From Sphingopyxis sp. (GTDB taxonomy: Bacteria > Pseudomonadota > Alphaproteobacteria > Sphingomonadales > Sphingomonadaceae): 43,065 nucleotides of DNA. Below, in pieces: positions 28,965 to 37,308 of the stretch; position 1 is the first letter of the stretch; each line of letters begins with the position of its first letter. The notes under the pieces are model-generated. The model did no database searches, was not told the origin of the DNA, and saw only the letters and a program-made list of their open reading frames with translations. Where the stretch lies: the NCBI RefSeq assembly GCF_036402335.1, contig NZ_DASWTD010000411.1, positions 1 to 43,065 of the forward strand, in the 5' to 3' direction. The translations under genes and the position numbers were made by a program.

Positions 28965-29654
28965 TTACAGCAGGCTCAAAAACCGCGCCGCATTGTCCCA
29001 GTCGCGTTTGTGGATGGCGCGCGCTTTTTGCGCTTCGCCGTCCGCGCCCCAACGGCGTTCCTGATAGAGATCGTCGAGGCTGACCGCTTCCCACAAGGCG
29101 TCGGCTTCGTATGCGTTTTCGAGCAAGGCGAGGCCGGCAACGAGCGATCCGCCGATCGTCACCAGCGGAGTCAGCGCGGTGATCCGCCAGGCGTCCTGCG
29201 CCAGCACAGTGCCCTGCAACGTCGCTACCGTCGTGTCGGGCTGATCGACCGGCAGCACGCCCCGCGCCAGGGTGAATTCGATACCATATTGCGCCTCGGC
29301 CCAGGCGAGCAGCGGGTTCCACGCTGCCGCCTGTTCGGCCTGCAGCGCCGCGTCGCGCGCGTCACGATAGCAGAAGAGGTCGCTTGTCGCATACGCCGCG
29401 ATCGGTGCGGCGAAGGCGGCGATGTCGGGTGTGGCAAGGTCGATCGCGGCGTTGGTGAGGCCGGTCATCGGCATCATCGCCGGGTCGATCGTCTCGCCGA
29501 CATCGCGCCATTCGGCGGCAATCGCTTCGGCGAGAGCAGGGCTTGCGACCGCGAGCGGCGCGCGCTGCGGCGTGCGCACCGGGCGTCCGTCGAGCGCGAT
29601 GCCCCAGCCATCGTCTTCGGCGACGACGGCGACCTCTTCCCAGAAACGCTTCAC
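28965..29654 (-). CDS. ATP12 family F1 assembly chaperone
   Basis: GTG start MKRFW; LDGRPVRTP, AEW, MPMTGL.NAAID, DLFCYR, Q..WG.D. Confidence 0.9.
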   Translation of the reverse strand: MKRFWEEVAVVAEDDGWGIALDGRPVRTPQRAPLAVASPALAEAIAAEWRDVGETIDPAMMPMTGLTNAAIDLATPDIAAFAAPIAAYATSDLFCYRDARDAALQAEQAAAWNPLLAWAEAQYGIEFTLARGVLPVDQPDTTVATLQGTVLAQDAWRITALTPLVTIGGSLVAGLALLENAYEADALWEAVSLDDLYQERRWGADGEAQKARAIHKRDWDNAARFLSLL

Positions 29655-29887
29655 CGGTCTTTGGGCGAACGCCAGCGGCGCGCGAGGAGCAGCGGCATGA
29701 CGGCGAAATCGAACGCACCGACCAGCACGATCGCGACGCCGATCCAGCGGTCGGTCGGTTGCCCCGCGAGCGCGAAGCCGCCACCGATCAGGATGAAACC
29801 GATCGCCACAAAGGCGGCGCCCATCAGGCGCATGATCGAGAGGGCAAAGAAACGCTTCTTTGCGAGGGCGTCGTCGGCTTGGGTCAT
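29651..29887 (-). CDS. Small two-TM membrane protein
   Basis: 78 aa, two hydrophobic helices, RRWRSP C-terminus; overlaps both neighbours by 4 nt. Confidence 0.75.
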   Translation of the reverse strand: MTQADDALAKKRFFALSIMRLMGAAFVAIGFILIGGGFALAGQPTDRWIGVAIVLVGAFDFAVMPLLLARRWRSPKDR

Positions 29888-30504
29888 GCGCCCTCCCTAT
29901 CGCCGCCAAGGTGGCGCATCAACTGCGCGAGCGCGCCATGGCCGGTCGCCTCGACACCATCGATCACGCGCTCGCGTTCCTCTGCGGATTTATTCTGCGA
30001 CAGTTTGATCGTCGGCCGCCACGCGGCGATGCGGATCTCGAAGCCGGTGATAGCACCGGTCATCTTGCTGAACAGCGCGGGGTTCATCTTGGCGCGCGTC
30101 CATGGCGGATTGGCACCGGCACGCGCTTCGTGGTTCGCCGACAGCGTGTCGAGCTGTGCGACCAGTTCGGCATCGTCGAGTTTGCGCGCGACGCCTTCCA
30201 TTTCGATTGCGACATAATTCCACGTCGGCACCTGATCGGGGTCGGCGTACCAGCTTGCGCTGACATAGGCGTCGGGGCCCTGCACGACGGCCAGCGCGTT
30301 CGCGCCGCCCAGATGACGGGTGAGCGCATTGCCGCGCGCGAGGTGGAATTGCAGCGTCGTCCGGTCGTCGCTGAGCACAACCGGCGCGTGCGCGACGCGC
30401 GGCCCGTCGGGGGTGCTGGCAAAGATCGCGGCAAAGCCGATCTCGCGCACGAGCAATTCGGCGAGGTCGTCCTGCCTGGGCCGGAAGGCGCTGTTCGGGT
30501 GCAT
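29884..30504 (-). CDS. FMN-binding negative transcriptional regulator (PaiB-like)
   Basis: FHLARGN, GPDAYVSASWY, VPTWNY, KLSQNK. Confidence 0.9.
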   Translation of the reverse strand: MHPNSAFRPRQDDLAELLVREIGFAAIFASTPDGPRVAHAPVVLSDDRTTLQFHLARGNALTRHLGGANALAVVQGPDAYVSASWYADPDQVPTWNYVAIEMEGVARKLDDAELVAQLDTLSANHEARAGANPPWTRAKMNPALFSKMTGAITGFEIRIAAWRPTIKLSQNKSAEERERVIDGVEATGHGALAQLMRHLGGDREGA

Positions 30505-31727
30505 CAGCTCGGACGGGCAGGGCGCGACGGATGCTTCTTTGCACCCGGCCTTTTGCCCGCGGGTTTCCCCGGCGCGGCCTTGCCCGGTTTCGCTTTCGGC
30601 TTGGGCTTCGGCTTGCCGACAAAGTCGGTCGGCTTGCTGTCGGCGGTGCGTCCACGCCGTTCGCCGCGCCGCGCCTTGCGAATCTGTTTGCTGTGCGCCT
30701 TGGCGGCTGCTTTTGCCGCGGCTTTCGGCGGCGGGCCCTTGGCGCCATCGTCGACGCCGACTTCGCCGAGCAGCAGGTCGAAGCCCAGCGCGTCGAGGCT
30801 GGCGGCGAAATGCTCGGGCACTTCGGCATGCACGTCGATCGCGCCGCCGTCGGGATGGTCGATGCGCAGGCGGCGGCTGTGGAGGTGCATCTTGCGGCTG
30901 ATCGAGCCGGTCAGGAACGCGCCCTTGCCGCCATATTTGCCGTCGCCGACGATCGGGTGGCCGATCGCCGCCATATGGACGCGCAGCTGGTGGGTGCGCC
31001 CGGTGAGCGGCTGGAGTTCGACCCACGCGGCGCTGTTTCCCGCGCGCTCGATCACGCGGTAACGCGTCTTCGACGCGAGGCCGCTGTCGTGCACATGCAT
31101 CTTCTCGCCGCCCGATCCCGGCTGCTTGGCGAGCGGCAGGTCGATCTCGCCCTGCTGGATGTCGGGCACGCCGACGATCAGCGCCCAATAGGTCTTGCGC
31201 GCGCTGCGATTCGAAAAGCTCTTCGCGAAATAGGCGGCGGCGCGCGGAGTGCGCGCGATCAGCAGCGCGCCCGACGTGTCCTTGTCGAGCCGGTGGACCA
31301 GCTTCGGGCGCACCGGCGCATCATATTTCAGCGCGTCGAGCAGGCCGTCGACATGCTGTTCGGTCTTTGTGCCGCCCTGCGTCGCGAGGCCGGGCAGCTT
31401 GTTGAGCACGATCGCGCTCGCGTCGCGGTGGATCACCATCCCCGTCGCGAGTTCGATATCGGCATCGGTCAGCGGCCGGCCCTTACGTGCCGGGCGCGCT
31501 TCGGCTTCGACCGGCGGGGTCGGCATGACGAGCTTCTGTCCGGTCGCGATCCGGTCCGACACATCGGCCTTTTTGCCGTCGAGTGTCAGCTGCCCCGACC
31601 GCGCCCAGCGCGCAAGGAGCGCGTGCGGCGTCCCCTCGCGGTGGCGCTTGAACCAGCGGTCGAGGCGGATGCCGTCGTCCTCTTCGGCGATCGTCGCGCC
31701 GTCGAGTTTCATTTTGGGCTCGCTCAT
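30504..31727 (-). CDS. RluA/RluC family pseudouridine synthase with a basic C-terminal tail
   Basis: S4-like RLDRW, HRLDKDTSG catalytic Asp, TGRTHQLRVH, PIVGDGKYG. Confidence 0.93.
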   Translation of the reverse strand: MSEPKMKLDGATIAEEDDGIRLDRWFKRHREGTPHALLARWARSGQLTLDGKKADVSDRIATGQKLVMPTPPVEAEARPARKGRPLTDADIELATGMVIHRDASAIVLNKLPGLATQGGTKTEQHVDGLLDALKYDAPVRPKLVHRLDKDTSGALLIARTPRAAAYFAKSFSNRSARKTYWALIVGVPDIQQGEIDLPLAKQPGSGGEKMHVHDSGLASKTRYRVIERAGNSAAWVELQPLTGRTHQLRVHMAAIGHPIVGDGKYGGKGAFLTGSISRKMHLHSRRLRIDHPDGGAIDVHAEVPEHFAASLDALGFDLLLGEVGVDDGAKGPPPKAAAKAAAKAHSKQIRKARRGERRGRTADSKPTDFVGKPKPKPKAKPGKAAPGKPAGKRPGAKKHPSRPARPS

Positions 31728-32104
31728 GCCGGCACCTGCCGCATGATGAAGAGGCCAAGCCCGCAGGCCACGATCGCGCCGGTCACCGACGCGAGGACAT
31801 AGGCGGCCGCGTGCGCATTTTGACCGCGTTCGAAAAGCATCCAGAATTCCATGCTGAAAGAAGAGAAAGTGGTGAAGCCGCCGAGGACCCCGACACCGAT
31901 GAAGAGGCGCGCGGTTTCGCCGCCGTCGCTGCTCCGTGCAAGCGCGCCGACCAGCAGGCCCATGAGAAGGCTGCCGGCGATATTGATCGACAGTGTCCAC
32001 CAGGGAAAGCCGGGGCCGAGTCGCGCGAGCATCGCCTGCCCGACGAGATGGCGGGCGCCGGCACCGATCGCGCCGCCGATCATGACAGGAAACAGGCTGT
32101 TCAT
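31724..32104 (-). CDS. crcB: Fluoride channel Fluc/CrcB
   Basis: GGAIGAGARH, FPWWTLSINIAGS, GGFTTFSSF. Confidence 0.93.
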   Translation of the reverse strand: MNSLFPVMIGGAIGAGARHLVGQAMLARLGPGFPWWTLSINIAGSLLMGLLVGALARSSDGGETARLFIGVGVLGGFTTFSSFSMEFWMLFERGQNAHAAAYVLASVTGAIVACGLGLFIMRQVPA

Positions 32105-32151
32105 GACGCTCGCCCTAGCCCGAAACGGCCGCGAGGCATAGCGGGCCATTT

Positions 32152-32730
32152 CTAGGCGTCGGGCGGTGTCAGCGCGGTGGCGGGGCGTTCGTGCGTCGCG
32201 CGCCAGTTTTCGGGGCGGATGAAGTCGCCCTGCCAGATGCCGCGCCGCCGCGCCTGCGCCTCGGCTTCCTCGACCATATAGGCGTCGCTGGTCGCGACCG
32301 CCCAGCCGAGCCGCGTCATTTCGGCGCCGAGATCGACACCGTCGGGGAGGGGCGCGGTCCGGCACGCGGCGAGCGTGCGGCCATAACGATCCTTCGCTGC
32401 GACCTCGCAGGAGAGTGGGCCGCGGCCGACCAGTGTTTCGAGCGCGGTGCGCGCTTCGCGCCCGCAGGGCCAGCGCGTGCCGCTGCGTGCGCAATCCTGC
32501 CGGTATTCGACCGCGTCGATGCCGGTCAGGCGGATCGTCAGCGGCGCATCGCCCTGCCGCACCGCCAGGCTGTCCCCGTCGATCACATGGACGAGCGGAA
32601 CCGTGACGGCGGGGACCGGGAGCCACACCCATGCGGCAAAGGCGAAGGCGGCGAGAAGCAGCAGCGCGGCCAGCGACCGCAGCCGGCGCCGCCAGCGCAA
32701 ACGGGTGAGCGGTGAAGGGCCTCGCAACAT
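32152..32730 (-). CDS. Thermonuclease (SNase-like) with N-terminal membrane anchor
   Basis: DGDSL, IRLTGIDAVE, DRYGRTLA, AQARRRGIW; GGAG SD before the ATG at 32730. Confidence 0.88.
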   Translation of the reverse strand: MLRGPSPLTRLRWRRRLRSLAALLLLAAFAFAAWVWLPVPAVTVPLVHVIDGDSLAVRQGDAPLTIRLTGIDAVEYRQDCARSGTRWPCGREARTALETLVGRGPLSCEVAAKDRYGRTLAACRTAPLPDGVDLGAEMTRLGWAVATSDAYMVEEAEAQARRRGIWQGDFIRPENWRATHERPATALTPPDA

Positions 32731-32780
32731 GACGCTCCGACTGACCCGGCGCGTGCAGCTTGGCAAGAGTGAAGAATAGC

Positions 32781-32903
32781 TTGACGGTGAGAACAAACCG
32801 TGTCCAGAATGGACTAAACTCCATCCGGCTGACAGTCGCCGACTCGCGTTTTGTATCGCCTGGGTCCGGATTGGCGGCAAAAAGGAACGAACAAAAGGTG
32901 AAT
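32781..32903 (+). promoter_or_regulatory. Promoter with two LexA (SOS) box-like sites
   Basis: TTGACG (32781-86) and CAGAAT (32805-10). GAAC-N7-GTCC (32791-32805) and GAAC-N7-GAAT (32889-32903) resemble the alphaproteobacterial GAAC-N7-GAAC box. Confidence 0.45.
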
Positions 32904-32964
32904 ATCGCCGGAATGACGACATAGTTACGCCAAGGTGGAGCGATGGAACGGGGACGGTAGCAAG

Positions 32965-34008
32965 ATGGACCATGGACTATATTTCGGGCTCGACACATCG
33001 GCCTTTCCGCCGGGCGGCTTCGGTGCGGGCGGGGTCGAACCGCCCGCGACGGTCGGCAGGTCGTTTCCCGAGGGCATCGCATCGCCGCTTCTGGTGGTGG
33101 GGTCGCCGGTCGATTTTTCCGATGCGATCTCGCTTGCCGACGTGCGGCTCGCCAAAATCGTCGCGGCGCCGGAGGCGGCGGATTATATCAGGCAGACCGG
33201 CACGCTCGATATCGTGTGGTTCGCGGTGGCGGATGCGGTGGAAAGCGACATGTTCGCCGCCATATGCGGGGCGGTCGAGGCGCAGGGGTGCAGCCTGATT
33301 TGCGAAACCTCGCTGTCGGCGATCGATCGGGTGGCGGCGGCGATTCCGGCATCGGTCGACGTCCAATTCCTTGTCGACGCCGATCCGACCGAACGGCTCG
33401 TCGCCCTGGCGGCCGCCCGGCGCACGCGCGACGCGAAGGTCCATGACATCGCCCGCGACGATGCGATGGAGCGGATCGACCGGTTGCAGGAAGAGGTGGC
33501 GCGCATTTCGCGCCTGCTCGGCGACCTGGCGGGACAGAGGGGCGGACTTCCCGGTACCCCGACGGGCTTTGCACCGCGCGGCGATGATTTTACGGATTAT
33601 CCGGGTCAGGTGCGCGCGCCGACGCGCGATTTTGGCGCCATGCCGCGCAGCTTCGTTCCCGAAGAGCGCACGATCGACCGCAACCGCGCCAAGGCGGTGC
33701 GCCGGGTGCTGCGCCAGCGACGGATGCGCGAGCAATATTTCCCCGCCGACCTGTTTGCCGATCCGGCGTGGGACATGCTGCTCGACCTTTATGCCGCGCG
33801 GCTCGAGCGCCAGCCGGTGTCGGTATCGAGCCTGTGCATCGCCGCTGCGGTCCCCGCGACGACGGCGCTGCGCTGGATCAAGACGATGACCGACGCCGGG
33901 CTGTTCGTGCGCGAAGCCGACCCGCACGACGGGCGCCGTATCTTCATCGCGCTGGCCGAAGGTGCGTGCGACGCGCTCGCCCGCTATTTCGAGGCGCTCG
34001 AAGAATAG
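32965..34008 (+). CDS. Winged-helix (MarR-like C-terminal domain) DNA-binding protein
   Basis: C-terminus FADPAWDMLLDL..VSSLCIAAAVPATTALRWI..DPHDGRRIFIAL; start uncertain (32935 or 32965). Confidence 0.78.
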   Translation: MDHGLYFGLDTSAFPPGGFGAGGVEPPATVGRSFPEGIASPLLVVGSPVDFSDAISLADVRLAKIVAAPEAADYIRQTGTLDIVWFAVADAVESDMFAAICGAVEAQGCSLICETSLSAIDRVAAAIPASVDVQFLVDADPTERLVALAAARRTRDAKVHDIARDDAMERIDRLQEEVARISRLLGDLAGQRGGLPGTPTGFAPRGDDFTDYPGQVRAPTRDFGAMPRSFVPEERTIDRNRAKAVRRVLRQRRMREQYFPADLFADPAWDMLLDLYAARLERQPVSVSSLCIAAAVPATTALRWIKTMTDAGLFVREADPHDGRRIFIALAEGACDALARYFEALEE

Positions 34009-34059
34009 CGGCGGCTTGCCAGCGGCGGCGGCATGTGGCAGGGCGCGCTTCCCCAAAGG

Positions 34060-34135
34060 GGGCGCTTAGCTCAGTTGGTAGAGCATCTCGTTTACACCGA
34101 GAGGGTCGGCGGTTCGAGCCCGTCAGCGCCCACCA
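34060..34135 (+). tRNA. tRNA-Val (TAC)
   Basis: Acceptor GGGCGCT/AGCGCCC, anticodon arm TCTCG-TTTACAC-CGAGA, GGTTCGAG T-loop, encoded CCA; 76 nt. Confidence 0.98.
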
Positions 34136-34311
34136 CGGACATTTTCCTCCCTTCATGATCCTTGCGCAAGAAACCGGCGGCCGGTTTTGTGGCACGATTT
34201 CCGTGGCTTGTCCCTGTCAATGGCATCGCGGTACCGGTCATCGTCCTCTCTCACAAAAGCGAGGCTCGCCGCCCGAAAGATTTTCTTCGTCGCAAATCGA
34301 CGCGTATGGCA

Positions 34312-34341
34312 TTGACGAATCCAATATCTACCTTTTAAGTT
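34312..34341 (+). promoter_or_regulatory. Putative sigma70 promoter of the sulfur-scavenging operon
   Basis: TTGACG-18-TAAGTT; the predicted +1 near 34348 coincides with the start of the first RNA stem. Confidence 0.55.
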
Positions 34342-34347
34342 GACATT

Positions 34348-34395
34348 GTCATTCGGGACTGGTCGAGACGAATGGCGGGCTCTCCTCCCTCGACC
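34348..34395 (+). ncRNA. Pseudoknotted cis-regulatory RNA candidate (possibly sul1-motif-like)
   Basis: 8-bp stem GUCAUUCG/CGAAUGGC; loop GGUCGAG (34361-67) is complementary to CUCGACC (34389-95). Confidence 0.55.
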
Positions 34396-34445
34396 CGCGG
34401 CTTTTGACCGGGAAGCAGCTTGCTCCGCGTTATCAACGGCTAAAG
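34396..34445 (+). ncRNA. SAM-II/SAM-alpha-like riboswitch aptamer
   Basis: P1 CGCGG/CCGCG, UUUG loop, CUUGC core and 3' GCUAAAG in SAM-II order; located upstream of sulfur genes. Confidence 0.65.
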
Positions 34446-34502
34446 CGCGTGATGCTCGGGCGACAGCGCCAGGCATTGCGTTCCCCCAGAAGGGGTATTG
34501 CG

Positions 34503-34526
34503 ATGCGTATGTGTAGCACCAGTTGA
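34503..34526 (+). CDS. Putative leader peptide MRMCSTS
   Basis: AAGGGG SD 7 nt upstream; ATG CGT ATG TGT AGC ACC AGT TGA followed by TAA. Confidence 0.5.
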   Translation: MRMCSTS

Positions 34527-34854
34527 TAAACGGGCGCCGATGACGTCGCGCGCCGGGTAGCGGTCCGACCGCGCCCGGAGCGACCCGCGGCCTGTCCTTT
34601 CATCCCGGCCGCGCCTGCCTTTCGCGAGGACGCACTGCGGCTTTGCGTCCGGCGCCTGCGCGCGCCGGCGACAGGTGAATCATGCCTTTTCTGACCCAAT
34701 CCGACCTGTCGGATCTGGCTCGCTATCCTGCGTCCCTGCGCAGCGCCGCCCGGGCGCTGTGGGGGGCGGAGCCGACGGCTGCCCGATCGGACGCGGCGCC
34801 CCGCGCCACCATCCATCGCATCAAAAAAGGGGCGGGACTGCCGCCCGGGGAACC

Positions 34855-37308
34855 ATGATAATGTCGAAATTCTCTCCCGAACATCGTTTGAAGCTCTTGC
34901 TCGGCGCGGCGCTGCTGATCCCGGCGGCACCTGCCCGGGCGACCGAAGGCGGGGCAACCGAAAATGCCCCGGCCGAAAGCTCGGCGGCGGATGCCGGCAG
35001 CCTGGCGGTCGAATCTGCCGCGGCCTTCGATGGCGCCGAAATCATCGTGTCGGCGCGTCGCCGCGACGAAAGCGCACAGGAGGTGCCGATCGCGCTGTCG
35101 GTCGTGGGCTCCGAAACGCTTGCGGCGACGGGCAATTATACGCTCACGCAGGTTCAGCAGATCGTTCCCAGCCTGCAGGTGTTCAGCTTCAACCCGCGCA
35201 ACACCAACATCAACATCCGCGGCCTCGGCAGCAATGTCGCGCTGACCAACGACGGGCTGGAGAACGGCGTCGGTTTCTATGTCGACAATGTCTATTACGG
35301 CCGCGTCGGCCAGTCGCAGTTCGACCTGGTCGACCTGCAGCAGATCGAGGTTCTTCGCGGGCCGCAGGGCACGTTGTTCGGCAAGAACACCACATCGGGC
35401 GCGATCAACATCACCTCGAGGAAGCCCAGCTTCGAACCCGAATTTTCGGGCGAAGCGAGCGTCGGCGACTATGGCTATTACCAGCTTCGCGCGTCGGCGT
35501 CGGGCGGGCTGATCGACGACCTGCTCGCGGTTCGCCTGTCGGGCTCGGTGACCGAACGCCGCGGCTTCCTCTATAACGACACGCAGAACGAGCGCGCGCA
35601 GGATTATTCGAACTGGAGCGTGCGAGGGCAGTTGCTGTTCACCCCGACCGCCGACCTCGAAGTCCGCATCATCGGCGACTTCGCGCGCCAGAAGCAGAAT
35701 CATGTCCTCAACGTCTTCGCCGACTATTTCGGGACCTATGAAAATGGCGCGGCGATCCCCAACAGCTTCGCCGAGCGCGCCGCGCGCTTCCCCGGCTATA
35801 GTTTCCCGACGATCGATCCTTTCGCGCGGCGCGGCGAGGCCGACAGCCATTATCAGTCGAACATGGACGGCTATGGCGTATCGGGGCAGGTCGACTGGGA
35901 CGTCGGTGCGGCGAAGCTGACCTCGATCACCGCCTATCGCTGGTGGGACTGGAACCCGGCCAACGATGGCGATTCGACCTCGCTGCCGGTCATCACCAAG
36001 GCGCAGCAATCGAACCGCCAGCGCCAGTTCAGCCAGGAAATTCGCCTCGCCTCCGACAGCGATGGCCCGATCGACTATGTCGTTGGCGCCTATTATTTCT
36101 GGCAGGTGATCCGCGGCAAGGGCGCGAGCGCCTATGGGCCGGCGGCGGCGCTGTGGAACCGCCCCGCGACCTCGCCGCTCACACTCGCCGCGTGGGAAGC
36201 CGCGCTCGACGGCTTCGAGGCCAATTCGACGTCGGACCCGCGCACCAAAAGCTATGCGCTGTTCGGCCAGCTCGACTGGAAATTCACCGACCGGCTGACG
36301 CTGACGGCGGGGCTGCGCTACACGCACGAGAAGAAGAGCGGCTCGTTCACGCAGGTCCATGTCGCGGGGATCGACCTGTCGACCCTGCCGGCGCTGCTCG
36401 CGGCGCAGGCGGCAGGAATTCGCGCGCAGTTCAATCCCGTCACCAGCTATTCGACCGGCTTCACGGACAACAGCCTTTCGGGGCTCGCGACACTGTCGTG
36501 GCAGTTCAGCGACGATGCGCTCGCCTATGCGACTTATGCGCGCGGCAACAAGTCGGGCGGGCTCAACCTCACCAACCTCCCGGCAGGCCTGCGGCCCGAG
36601 GATGTCGCCGCGGTCGCGCCCGAAAAGGTCGACAGCTACGAACTCGGCATCAAGTCGCAGTGGCTCGACGAACGGGTGACGCTCAACGTTGCGGGCTACT
36701 GGACCGAAATCCGCGACTATCAGACCGCGATCACCGAACAGGTGCAGAATTCGGTCAATGTTCGCCAATATATCGCCAATATTCCCGGCGTTCGCTCGCG
36801 CGGGGTCGAGGGCGATCTGGCCTTCGCGCCTTCGCAGCGTGCGAGTTTCTATGCCTCGGTCGCCTATGCCGACACGACGTACAGCGACTATCCCAACGCG
36901 CCGCAGGCGCCCGAGCGGCTGAACGGCAGCGGGATTCAGGATTTGACCGGCGAGCAACTGCCGGGTGTTCCCAAATTCACCTACACGCTCGGCGGCGACG
37001 TTTCGGCCCCGCTCAGCAGCCTCGGCGGGCGCGACCTGTCGATCTATGCCCATGCCGATTATTCGCATCGCTCGTCGTTCAACACCTCGTCGAGCGACAG
37101 CATCTATGCCGACGTTCCCGCCTACGGGATTGCGAACGCACGGATCGGCTTCAAGACCGACGACGGCTTGTTCGACCTGTCGATCTGGGCGCGCAACCTG
37201 TTCGACAAGGATTATTTCCAGACCCTGTCGGCGCAGAACACCGGGATCGTCACCGCGCTGATCGGCGAACCGCGGACGGTGGGCGCGACGCTCCGGACGA
37301 AGCTGTGA
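34855..37308 (+). CDS. TonB-dependent receptor
   Basis: Signal peptide, EIIVSARRR, IEVLRGPQGTLFGKNT plug motif, NLFDKDY..GEPRTVG C-terminus. Confidence 0.93.
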   Translation: MIMSKFSPEHRLKLLLGAALLIPAAPARATEGGATENAPAESSAADAGSLAVESAAAFDGAEIIVSARRRDESAQEVPIALSVVGSETLAATGNYTLTQVQQIVPSLQVFSFNPRNTNINIRGLGSNVALTNDGLENGVGFYVDNVYYGRVGQSQFDLVDLQQIEVLRGPQGTLFGKNTTSGAINITSRKPSFEPEFSGEASVGDYGYYQLRASASGGLIDDLLAVRLSGSVTERRGFLYNDTQNERAQDYSNWSVRGQLLFTPTADLEVRIIGDFARQKQNHVLNVFADYFGTYENGAAIPNSFAERAARFPGYSFPTIDPFARRGEADSHYQSNMDGYGVSGQVDWDVGAAKLTSITAYRWWDWNPANDGDSTSLPVITKAQQSNRQRQFSQEIRLASDSDGPIDYVVGAYYFWQVIRGKGASAYGPAAALWNRPATSPLTLAAWEAALDGFEANSTSDPRTKSYALFGQLDWKFTDRLTLTAGLRYTHEKKSGSFTQVHVAGIDLSTLPALLAAQAAGIRAQFNPVTSYSTGFTDNSLSGLATLSWQFSDDALAYATYARGNKSGGLNLTNLPAGLRPEDVAAVAPEKVDSYELGIKSQWLDERVTLNVAGYWTEIRDYQTAITEQVQNSVNVRQYIANIPGVRSRGVEGDLAFAPSQRASFYASVAYADTTYSDYPNAPQAPERLNGSGIQDLTGEQLPGVPKFTYTLGGDVSAPLSSLGGRDLSIYAHADYSHRSSFNTSSSDSIYADVPAYGIANARIGFKTDDGLFDLSIWARNLFDKDYFQTLSAQNTGIVTALIGEPRTVGATLRTKL

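Noticed and set aside
32105-32151. Fluoride riboswitch upstream of crcB
   Set aside because: No GGCGAUGG..CUGAUG-type consensus; the 47-nt gap is taken up by a promoter-like sequence.
34190-34206. Sigma54-like TGGCACG (also TGGCACAG near 22126)
   Set aside because: The -12 TTGC element is missing at the required spacing.
34060-34320. Prophage or integrative element at tRNA-Val
   Set aside because: No integrase, transposase or duplicated tRNA 3' end within the window.
37290-37308. TBDR ends in Leu rather than Phe
   Set aside because: The alternating hydrophobic terminal strand is retained, so this is not evidence of truncation.
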